64,000 bases of DNA, taken from Malacoraja senta. Its lineage: Eukaryota. Below, piece after piece: positions 11,701 through 22,832 of the stretch (position 1 is the first letter of the stretch; each line of letters begins with the position of its first letter). The notes below the pieces were generated by a model, which saw only the letters and a list, made by a program, of their open reading frames with translations, did not search any database and was not told the DNA's origin. The stretch is from assembly GCA_038087875.1 (NCBI GenBank), contig CM075989.1, forward strand, positions 1,798,001 through 1,862,000, in the 5' to 3' direction. The translations under genes were made by a program, and so were the position numbers.

Positions 11701-12833
11701 GGTTGATGAGGGAAGAGCTGTAGATGTTGTGTACATGGTCTTCTTTAAGGCGTTCAACAAGGTTCCGCATAGCAGGCTGCTCTGGAAGGTTAGATTGCAT
11801 GGGATCCAAGGACAAATAGCTGAATGGATGGCAAATTGGCTCCATGGAAAGAAGCAGGATGATGGTGGAAAGGTTGCTTCTCAGACTAGAGGCCTGTGAC
11901 TAGTGGTATGCCACAGGGTTTGGTGCTCAGCCCATTACTGCTTGTCATCTACATCAATGATTTAGATGAGAACTTACTGGGCAAGTTTGCTGATGATACA
12001 AAAGTTAGTGGGATCGATTGGCCAGGTGGGCGGAGGAATGGTTGATGGAATTTAATACAGAGGAATGTGAGGTGTTGCATTTTGAGATGTCGAACAAGGG
12101 CAGGACCTACACAGTCAATGATAAGCGTCTAGGGAGTGTTGTAGAGCAGAGGGATCTAGGAGTACAAGTGCATGGTTCCTTGAAGGTCGAGCCGCAGGTA
12201 GATAAGGTGGTCAAAAAGGCTTTTGGCACATTGGCCTTCATCAGTCAGAGCATTGTGTATAGAAGTTGGGAGGTCATGTTGCAGTTGTATAAGACGTTGG
12301 TGAGACTGCATTTAGAATATTGTGGTCAGTTCTGGACTCCATGTTATAGGAAAGATATTGTCAAGCTAGAAAGGGTTCAGAAAAGATTTACAAGGATGTT
12401 GCCAGGACTAGAGTGTGTGAGCTACAGGGAGTGATTGAGTAGGCTGGGTCTCTATTCCATGGAGCGCAGGAGGATGAAGGGAGATCTTATTGAGGTGTGG
12501 AAAATCATGTGAGGAATAGATTGTGTAGATGCACAGTGTCTCTTGCCCAGAGTAGGGGAATCGAGGACCAGATGACATAGGTTTAAGCTGAAGGGGAAAA
12601 GATTTAATAGGAATCTGAAGGGTAACTTTTTCGCACAAAGGGTAGTGGGGATGTGAACAAGCTGCCAGTTGAGGCTGGGACTATCCCATTATTTAAGAAA
12701 CAGTTCATGGCTAGAACAGGTTTGGAGGGATATTGACCAAGTGCAGGCAAGTGGGACTAGTGTAGCTGGGACATTGTTGGCTAGTGTAGGTGAGTTGAGC
12801 CGTAGGGCCTGTTTCCACACTGTATCACTCTAT
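11701..12833 (+). mobile_element. CR1 LINE 3' fragment (degenerate RT)
   Basis: AVDVVYMVFFKAFNKVPH, KFADDTK, LYKTLVRLHLEYC, plus the CR1 3' UTR. Confidence 0.9.
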
Positions 12834-13482
12834 GCTTCTGGGTTCACATTTCACACCTCTTCTCTTCTTATCTGGCACATTTTTTCCCTTCTTTTTATCT
12901 CTGCCCTTTGTCCACCCATCTGTCGATCAAGCCCTCCTCATCTGTATCCACCCATCACTCGCCAGGCCTTGTCCCACCCTCTCTGATTTTCAAGCTTCCT
13001 CTCCCCTACAAAACTTTGTCTGAAGAAGGGTTCCGTCACAAAATCCACGTGCTCCAGAGATTCTGCCCGACCCACTGAGTTACTCCGGCACTTTGTGTTT
13101 TTTTACGTTTGTAAACCAGCAGTTGCAGTTCCTACTTTAGAGAAGGACTGTTGTGCCCCTGGATGGTGGGAAGGAAAGGAGAGGCCCTGGATAATTCTGA
13201 AGATTCCTCAACCAGTTTACATCCTGTAAGGAACTCACTTTAACTGAATTGGATATTGCTAGGCTTTCAGCCTCAAGTGTGTTGTTCAAATGCAAGTTTA
13301 TTATTCTCCAGTAGCTCAGTTTAAGGTAATCCAGATGGTTGTGGGGGATTTAGGAAATCCATAAAACTGATAGTTTGAGAGAGAAATGTAGAAAAAGCCT
13401 TCTTGCTGTGAAAGTGAATCTGCTATTGCCATTATGAAATTAGTTTTATGGTTTAAAAAGCAATAGTTTACATTGGGTAACA

Positions 13483-14310
13483 TCCGGTGGCGCTGTTGCT
13501 AGCTGCCTCCGCCTTCAGTCCGGTATCTTTTTGTTTTTTTGTTATGTTTGAAGAGCGTATTTGTGGTTTTTTAAATATTTTTATGTGGGGGAAGAGGGTA
13601 CGATAAGGGGGATACCGTCCTTCAGTCGCTTCCTGGAGAGGATGTGACTATTATTCGAGTCGCGTCCTCGCCCCCCCCCCCCCCTGTGGCCTACCTACTG
13701 GATTGGCGCGGCCTTTCCTGCCGGGACCGACCAGAGCTCCGGCAGCAGCGGCGCAACGTTGGAAACATCGCGGGGCGGGCGATGCCTTACCGGGGATCGC
13801 CGTTTGGAGCTCCGGAGTGCTGGGCCTGCTGCACCAACATCGCGGAGCTGTGGATCGCGGAGCTCCCAACGCGGGCGGCGCTGACCAACATCGCGGAGTC
13901 CTGCCACTCCACCCGGCTCGGCCTGCGGACCCCGGTGGGAGGTGACTGATCTGGAGGTCCGGGCCGCTGAGGATGTTCTCCGTCGGGGTTCCACCGTTCC
14001 CGGCGAGAGGGCCTGAGCATCGGGCCGCCCGTGGTGGCGACTGCGGGTGCTCGGGAGGCCCCGACCACAGGTGAACATCTGGGAAGATCGGCGGCGAGGC
14101 TGGCTGGACTATGGTACCTTCCTTAACTTTGGTGCCGCCGTGGGGTTATGTTGTGTCGTGGGCTTCTGTGTTTGTGCTTTTTTATTTTTTATTTTTTTAT
14201 TGATTTGTTATTTATTTTTATGATACATGACTGTAAGGAAAATCCATTTTGTTGTCTCTTATGAGATAATGACAATAAATTGAATACAATACAATACAAT
14301 ACAATACAAC
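13483..14310 (+). mobile_element. CpG-rich non-coding retroposon, related to 8468-9318
   Basis: Same head, hairpin and AACATCGCGGAGC repeats. Tail TGACAATAAA-(ATACA)n. Confidence 0.6.
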
Positions 14311-14314
14311 AATA

Positions 14315-14612
14315 GGGCAGCATGGTGGTGCAGTGGTAGAATTCCGCCTTACTGCGCCAGAGACCCAGGTTCGATCCTGACTATGGGTACTTGTCTGCAT
14401 AGAGTTTGCTCATTCTCCCTGTGACCACGTGGGTTTTCACCGGGTGCTCTGGTTTCCTACCACACTCCAAAGACGTACAGGTTTGTAGGTTAATGGGTTT
14501 CGGGAAAATTTGAAAATTGTCCCTAGTGTATAGGATAGTGTTGTATATGGGGATCGCTGGTCGAACAGACTTGGTGGGCAGAAGGGTCTGTTTCCACACT
14601 GTATCTCTAAAT
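14315..14612 (+). mobile_element. tRNA-derived V-SINE (HE1-like) with CR1 tail
   Basis: A box TGGTGCAGTGG, B box GGTTCGATCC, V-domain GAGTTTG..TTCTCCC...GGTGCTCTGGTTTCCT, CR1-like tail GGGTCTGTTTCCACACTGTATCTCTAAA. Confidence 0.85.
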
Positions 14613-15139
14613 TAAGGGGGAAAGTTGGTTACTCTCCAAATTCTGACCAATCTGCTTTCCGTCCCATTGGTTTATCTGGCATGTACTGCTGGTAAATGTG
14701 TATTGTTCTAATTTAGCTCCCTGCGAATATTTAAAAACCATTGAAGTATGGTTTGGTTCAAAAGCTCCGACAGCTATTGAGTCTCCCTGATTAATAGGGG
14801 CTGTCCGATGACTTCAAGCATTTTATGCTGGCAAACACCTCTCTGTACCAGTCAACATGCCCCTGAATTTTGAATAAGGACGCCATCATTACTTTGTTGG
14901 AAGAAATATTAACAGACACAATGCTGTTAGCAAATTACTATATTTGTGTCTCCATATGCATGAGTAGAATCATCAATTAGATATTGTTTCATTAACTCTG
15001 AAAGTAGGAAGTAGCCTGGCCCAGCCTTAGAAATGCCACGGAGCTGCATTCTAATCTCTCTGCATCTTGCAGTCAGTCATTCATCAACTAAGCAGCACCT
15101 GGACGTCAGAATGAACACACACTCCTTGCCTCTTTTTTG

Positions 15140-15757
15140 CCCCCATCGACTTCAGGAAGCGAAGTGGGACACACACCCTGGTTTGCATTGATGGTGTTGA
15201 AGTAGAGATTGTTGAAAGCTTCAAATTCCTAGGAGTCAATATCACCAACAACTTGTCCTGGACCACCCATACTGAAGCAATGGCCAAGAAAGCACACAAA
15301 TGCCTTTACTTCCTTAGAAGGTTTAGGAAGTTTGGCATGTCCCCAACAACTCTCAGCAACTTCTACAGATGCACAATAGAAAACATTTTATTGGGATGCA
15401 TCACAGCTTGGTTTGGGAACAGCTCCATCCAAGACCGCAAGAAATTGCAGAGAATTGTGGACGCAGCCCAGACCATCACATAAACCAACCTCCCTCCAAT
15501 TGATTCCATTTATACCTCACGCTGCCTCGGCAAAGCCAACCGCATAATCAAGAATGAGTCTCACTCTGGCCACCCTCTTCTCTCCTCTCCCAACAGGCAA
15601 GAGATACAGAAGTGTGAAAACGCACACCTACAGATTCAGGGACAGTTTCTTCCCAGCTGTTATCAGGCAACTGAACCTGACCATTTGCATACCTTGGGTC
15701 TGCATGCAAAGAATTTCAATGTGCCTTGTCACATGTGACTATAAAGTATTGCATTCC
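15140..15757 (+). mobile_element. Rex1/Babar-type LINE 3' fragment
   Basis: DFRK...VESFKFLGVNITNNLSW...LYFLRRFRKFG...FYRCTIE..L..CITAWFG, RFRDSFFP, tail ACATGTGACTATAAAG. Confidence 0.8.
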
Positions 15758-16363
15758 ATTTTACTTCGGAGTCACGTGAGTGACTACGTGAAGAAGACCC
15801 GTCAGGGCGCATGCGCGTCATTACGTCTGACGCATTGGCGCCTGGCAGCAGGAGGACGGAGCTCCTCCTGCAGGTGAGTAGATACAGCTCCACCAAAGTT
15901 GGGGAGACTTTGGAGGAGTTAGAAAAAAGGAAATTGTTGCTGTATGTTTTTCCCCACAATACAGGAACAAGTAAAAAATCATCAAGGTGCAGGCTTGCTA
16001 CGGACAAGGAGAGAGAGAGCTGCGGGAGCGCAGTCTCTGAAAGGCAGCCTTTCACCTCTGGGGAGTCGCAAGCCGGTAGCGGTGCGGCGACAGACTTGGC
16101 AAAGTGCCCAGCCGGGTACACAGCCAACGCCAGTCGGGCGGTAGGCATAAGCCAAGTCTGTCAGGGCCATTGACTCCGCAGAGTCGGGCCAGGAGAGTCC
16201 CGTCGGGGACAGGATACCGTGCCCCAGCGGTTATCCAAAAGGAGCAGCGCATACAGGGGCTGCTCCACAAAGCCACACTCCAGGAGGAGTTGTGCAGGCG
16301 GGAGGCCGTGGGGACGGCTCCGCCGGCAGTGCCTAGTAGAGGCCTGCTTGAAAGCACCCTCTT

Positions 16364-18703
16364 GATCAAGTAGAATGGAATTATATGGATAAAGTATTAC
16401 AAAAATTTCAACTGGGAGAGAATTTTATTTTATGGATTAAGTTACTATATAACAAACCTACAGCTAGAATACTAACTAATAACATATTATCCTCGAAATT
16501 TCAACTATCAAGGGGAAATAGACAAGGATGCTCATTATCACCACAGTTGTTTGCTCTCATTATTGAACCGCTAGCAGAAAAAATTAGAATACACCCTGAT
16601 ATTCATGGATATAATACTAAAGACTCATATAATAAAATATCTTTATACGCGGATGATATATTACTGTATATAACAAAACCTCAAATCACTATACCAAATA
16701 TATTAAATTTAATTGAAGACTTTGGATCTTTTTCTGGATATAGAATAAATTGGAATAAAAGTGAAATTATGTCAATAAAACCGAAAGATTCAACACATCT
16801 TTTAAAATTCCCTTTTAAAATAGCTACAGAAAAATTTAAATATTTGGGAATCGAAATTACCAGAACATATCAAGGTATGTTCAGGGCAAATTTTGACCCC
16901 CTACTTAATAAATTAAATACACTAATTAAATTCTGGAAAACGCTCCCGATGTCTTTAATAGGCCGAATAATCGCAATAAAAATGATCTTTTTACCACAAA
17001 TTTTATACCTATTTCAATCAATTCCTATATACTTACCTAAGAAGTTTAAAAAAAAAATCGACTCAGATATCACTAATTTTATATGGGACTATAAATCACA
17101 TAGAATACAAAAAACTCATCTGAATAAACCTAAAGTATTGGGGGGTTTAGCACTACCTAATTTTATGTATTATTATTGGTCAGTAAATATTAAAAACATG
17201 ATTCAACTGATGGATAACTCCGCCCAGCAAGTAGACTGGATTGTAATGGAGAAAGAGGATTGCTCCTCTAGAAACATTGGAGCGATCCTCCTCTCTCCAA
17301 TGAAACTGAATAACATAAATTATAATAAAACCCAATTATTCATAGTACAATCCGTATTTGGAAACAAATAAAACAAAATTTAAAATTAAGACATTTATCA
17401 CTTTTATTACCTATAGTCAATAACCCTTCGTTTAGTCCTTCTATTATAGATAAAGCTCATACACAATGGGATAGACTAGGAATTAAAACGCTTGGTGACT
17501 TGTATGAAACTGGAAAATTACTTTCATTTCAACAATTACAAATAAAATATAAACTCGGAAATAATCAATATTTTAAATATTTTCAAATATGCGACTATTT
17601 GAAAAAATATACAAAAGATCATTATAATAACCCAGTAGATGTATTGGACGAGGCAATGCAGATAAAAACGGAATCAGCAAACTTAATATCATATTTGTAT
17701 AATATTATTTTAAATGTACAAATACCACCTATGGAGGGTATCAGAAGAGACTGGGAACAAGAGTTAGCTATTAAAATTTCAAAGGAAAGTTGGAATGAAT
17801 ACTTATTAAACGTGCATAAATGCTCGATTAATGTAAGACACACTTTAATACAATTTAAAATTTTACATAGATTATATTATTCGAAAACTAAAATTCATAA
17901 AATTTTCCCAAACGTATCATCTATTTGTGATAAATGTCAATCCCAAGAAGCTACTATAGCGCACTCATTCGTCTTCTGTACAAAAATTCAAAACATTTGG
18001 AATGAAATTTTTGAAATCTTTACAAAGTTATTTAAAACAAGACTGATACCCAAAGCAGAATGGATTATCTTCGGAATAACGGAAGATGATCCAGAACTAA
18101 ATGTGTTTCAAAAGAAATTAATGGACTATGGGTTAATAACTGGAAAAAAGATAATTCTAAAATTTTGGAAGAAGGCTCCAATACCAACTATAAATATGTG
18201 GATTTCAAATATGTTTGAAACATTACACCTAGAAGAGATAAGACTCCTCCTAGCAGGTAAACCAGATCACTTCCACCTGACGTGGTCTGCATTTATAGAA
18301 TTATTACAAACATAGGGTGCAAAAGTACTTAAAAAAAAATAAAAAATTGAGTTCAGGTAAGGGGGGATGATAGTTGAAGAATTGGTATGTCCTATTTACG
18401 TAATGCTCAAAAAAAAAATTTTTTTTCTTTTTTTTTTTTCTTTTCCTCTCTCTCTTTCTCTTTTTTTTCCTAGGGCCTATTTCTTAACTCTTTTTCTTTT
18501 GTTTTTAATTTCGCTCTTATGGGGTCTTCGTCCTTTTTTGTTGTTACATTTTCTACACTTTTCTACACTTTCACTTTTTCCTTCACTTTCTTCTTTCTTT
18601 CAATCTTTTCCTTTTCTAGTGTAAAAAAAAATAAAGGGAGTACATTAATTGTAAGAAGATACAAATGACAAGTATTAATGTATGTGGTTGTAATGTAATG
18701 TAC

Positions 18704-18738
<35 letters not shown>
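16364..18738 (+). mobile_element. 5'-truncated L1-clade LINE (ORF2 RT and C-terminal cysteine-rich region)
   Basis: RGNRQGCSLSP, LYADDIL, SGYRINWNKS, GGLALPN, C-x2-C-x8-H-x4-C (CDKCQSQEATIAHSFVFC). Poly(A) at about 18707-18738. 14-bp TSD GAAAGCACCCTCTT at 16350-16363 and 18739-18752. Confidence 0.95.
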
Positions 18739-18740
<2 letters not shown>

Positions 18741-19817
18741 AAGCACCCTCTTTGCAAGAGGTGAGTGCAGAAGGGCTGATACGCTCTGACCCTGAGTCTG
18801 ACGATGACTTCCAAAGGGAGGGCATGCAGCTGTCAAAGCTGACACCGTGTGCAGCACGGTTTGCCATGTTGTCGGACGCTGGTGAGGCTCTGGGTGAGGA
18901 ACTTGCCACAAGCATTAATTACCAAGTCTCGCATCAGCTACAGGAGCTGACAATGGATGAGACAGTAAGGAAGCATGACGCCCCAATCAACTGTGGCCTG
19001 TTAAAAGTTCCTGTTGGGAACAGGAATATTTGGGGCAAGATGGGCATACAAATGAGAGCCCAGGAGGAGGTGAAGCTCCAGCATATTTTTAAAGTTGCTG
19101 GCATTTGGCATAACGAGCTTTGCCAGGATGGTGGATGGAGAGGCCAATGACAAATTACAACAAAAGGTGTGGAGCTATTGTGGATTGCCCACTTTGAGAT
19201 CAACTGCCTCCGCAAGACTGCGATTAGACCAACCATCAACCCTAAATATGCTTCACTCTGCCAGCCTGGCACAGTGCAACCGGCAAATCTGTTTGGCGAG
19301 GATTTCGCAAAGCAGGTGAAGGAGCTGGAGGAGGAGGCCAAGACAGAGGGCTTGATTAAGCAACCAGCAGCCACATATCCACTAAAGCAGAAGTATCCCT
19401 ATAAGCCAGGAGACTGGTCCGGGCAACGGACGAGTCCAGCTACGATGCAGCGCAGTTGGCGTTCGGCTGTAGCAGCGCCAGGGAAGGTGAGATATCCAGC
19501 TCAAGGCCGGGGAAGAATGGCAGGTGGTAAGGAGTTAAGTGGGTCTGGTTCTCATGTAGACAGATCTAATGTGATACCTCAGATATGTTTATACTGAAGG
19601 TTATTGAAGGGTTTCCGAATAAAGCTTAATGCAAATTCTGATTTACCCATGCAACATGTTCCAAAAAGGAGTTTGACTTCAGTATCACTGAACAATTGGA
19701 AGTTCAGGTGGAAGTTGCAAGCTTATGTAATAAAGGTGTAATTGCTAAGGCAGTTTACCAAAGCCATCAGTTTGTGTCCAATATCTTTCCCAGACCAAAA
19801 AAGGATGGGGGATGCAG

Positions 19818-21952
19818 AGGGTATGAGACGTGAATTGGCCAAGATTGACTGGCAATTAGTTATAAAAGGGTTGACGGTGGATATGCAATGGAAGGCATTT
19901 AAAGACTGCATGGATGAACTACAAAAATTGTTCATCCCAGTTTGGCAAAAGAATAAATCAGGGAAGGTAGTGCATCCGTGGATAACAAGGGAAATCAGGG
20001 ATAGTATCAAAGCAAAAGATGATGCGTACAAATTAGCCAGAAAAAGCAGCATACCAGAGGACTGGGAGAAATTCAGAGACCAGCAGAGGAGGACAAAGGG
20101 CTTAATTAGGAAAGGGAAAATAGATTATGAAAGAAAACTGGCAGGGAACATAAAAACTGACTGCAAAGGTTTTTATAGATATGTGAAGAGAAAGAGATTA
20201 GTTAAAACAAATGTAGGTCCCTTGCAGTCAGAAACAGGTGAATTGATCATGTGGACAAGGATATGGCGGATCAATTGAATAACTACTTTGGTTCCGTCTT
20301 CACTAAGGAAGACATAAATAATCTGCCGGAAATAGCAGGGTCAAAGGAGATGGAGGAAGTGAGTGAAATCCAGGTTAGTCGGGAAGTGGTGTTTGGTAAA
20401 TTGAATGGATTAAAGGCTGATAAATCACCAGGGCCAGATAGGCTGCATCCCAGAGTACTTAAGGAAGTAGCTCCAGAAATAGTGGATGCATTAGTGATAA
20501 TTTTTCAAAACTCTTTAGATTCAGGTGTAGTTCCTGAGGATTGGAGGGTAGCAAACGTAACCCCACTTTTTAAGAAGGGAGGGAGAGAGAAAACGGGGAA
20601 TTAGACCAGTTAGTCTAACATCGGCAGTGGGGAAACTGCTAGTCAGTTATTAAAGATGGGATAGCAGCACATTTGGAAAGTGGTGAAATCATTGGACAAA
20701 GTCAGCATGGATTTACGAAAGGTAAATCATGTCTGACGAATCTTATAGAATTTTTCGAGGATGTAACTAGTAGAGTGGATAGGGGAGAACCAGTGGATGT
20801 GTTGTATCTGCACTTTCAGAAGGCTTTCGACAAGGTCCCACATAAGAGATTAGTATACAAACTTAAAGCACACGGTATTGGGGGTTCAGTATTGATGTGG
20901 ATGGAGAACTGGCTGGCAAACAGGAAGCAAAGAGTAGGAGCAAACGGGTCCTTTTCACAATGGCAAGGCTCAGTGCTGGGACCCCAGCTATTTACAATTT
21001 ATATCAATGAACTGGATGAAGGTATTGAAGGAAACATCTACAAGTTTGCGGATGACACTAAGCTGGGGGGCAGTGTTAGCTGTGAGGAGGATGCTAGGAG
21101 ATTGCAAGGTGACTTGGATAGGCTGGGTGAGTGGGCAAATGTTTGGCAGATGCAGTATAATGTGGATATATGTGAGGTTATCCACTTTGGTGGCAAAAAC
21201 AGGAAAGCAGACTATTATCTAAATGGTGGCCGATTAGGAAAAGGGGAGAGGCAGCGAGACCTGGGTGTCATGGTACACCAGTCGTTGAAAGTAGGCATGC
21301 AGGTGCAGCAGGCAGTGAAGAAAGCGAATGGTATGTTAGCTTTCATAGCAAAAGGATTTGAGTATAGGAGCAGGGAGGTTCTACTGCAGTTGTACAGGGT
21401 CTTGGTGAGACCACACCTGGAGTATTGCGTACAGTTTTGGTCTCCAAATCTGAGGAAGGACATTATAGCCATAGAAGGAGTGCAGATAAGGTTCACCAGA
21501 CTGATTCCTGGGATGTCAGGACTTTCATATGAAGAAAGACTGGATAGACTTGGCTTATACTCGCTAGAATTTAGGAGATTGAGAGGGGATCTTATAGAAA
21601 CGTACAAAATTCTTATGGGGTTGGACAGGCTAGATGCAGGAAGATTGTTCCCGATGTTGGGGAAGTCCAGGACAAGGGGTCACAGCTTAAGGATAAGGGG
21701 GAAATCCTTTAAGACCGAGATGAGAAAAAACTTTTTCACACCGAGAGTGGTGAATCTCTGGAACTCTCTGCCACAGAGGGTAGTTGAGGCCAGTTCATTG
21801 GCTATATTTAAGAGGGAGTTAGATGTGGCCCTTGTGGCTAAAGGGATCAGGGGGTATGGACAGAAGGCAGGTACGGGATACTGAGTTGGATGATCAGCCA
21901 TGATCATATTGAATGGCGGTGCAGGCTCGAAGGTATCTATGTATCTATGTAA
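19818..21952 (+). mobile_element. 5'-truncated CR1 LINE (ORF2 RT) inside DIRS1 copy B
   Basis: KSPGPDRLHPRVLKE, QHGFTKGKSCLTNL, KFADDTK, RPHLEYCVQFWSP, tail TATCTATGTATCTATG. Confidence 0.93.
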
Positions 21953-22693
21953 GAGTTGGTTCAGGCAGGAATTAACATTTATGTGATTACATCTCATTCC
22001 ACTAGCGCAGTAGCAACATCCGCGGCCAGGGCAATGGACGTTCCCATCGACTATATATTAAAAGCCGCAGGTTGGAAAAATGAACTTGTGTTTCAGCAAT
22101 ACTACCATTGGCCGATTGCCGATGGAGGGCTGTTTGCCAACTCAATATTGAGTGCTGTTGCTATTGTTTAATGTCTGTTTTCAATACTGTTTAATTCTGT
22201 TTTGTTTGTTGCCGCTAAATTAAGAGGGTTTATTGGTTGTTTTATGACCAAAAATAAAACTGTTTTGTTTTTGCATGATAGGCAATGTCATGTTTACAGC
22301 ATTATTGATGATACTCAGAGTCAATCGATGCAGTGAGAAGCCGGGATTTTGATCTGCGGCATAAAAAGCACAGAGCTTTAAAATCTTCACGTAGTCACTC
22401 ACGTGACTCCGAAGTAAAATAGTAAGATTAAACGAGAACTTACCAGTTTGAAGTTTGATCTTTATTTTATGAGGAGTTACGTTGGTGATTACGTGCCCGC
22501 CACGCCCAACCCTCTCTCATAGAAAAAAGGTCATAATAGTAGTTCTCATGTTGATCATCTTAATATGTTACTTCAATTATTGTGTTGTCTGTGATTTCAT
22601 ACCGCTGCTTTGAAGATTGACACGCATGCGCCCTGACGGGTCTTCTTCAGGTAATCACCAACGTAACTCCTCAGAAAATAAAGATCAAACTTC

Positions 22694-22832
22694 TGTACAC
22701 TGTATCATGTATCTGTACACTGTGGAACACTTGATTGTAATCATGTATAATCTTTCCACTAACTGGTCAGCATGCAACAAAAGCTTTTCACTGGCTTGGT
22801 AAGGTTGGCACACGTGACAATAAATTAAACTC
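22694..22832 (+). mobile_element. Rex1/Babar-type 3' tail fragment
   Basis: TTGTAATCATGTAT...GCAACAAAAGCTTTTCAC...CACGTGACAATAAA, shared with 60460-60550 and with 58565-58690 (minus strand). Confidence 0.65.

Larger units (their letters stand above)
15758..22693 (+). mobile_element. DIRS1 copy B, interrupted by L1 and CR1, internally deleted, right terminus truncated
   Basis: Starts ATTTTACTTCGGAGTCACGTGAGTGA, the same terminus as copy A. gag homology at 18752-19597, RT start PIFPRPKKDGGC near 19780-19818, YR C-terminus at 21956-22171, ICR at about 22385-22495, right ITR at 22617-22693. Confidence 0.92.

Noticed and set aside
14315..14390. tRNA genes at SINE heads
   Set aside because: The A/B boxes continue into the V-domain and LINE tail, with no full cloverleaf.
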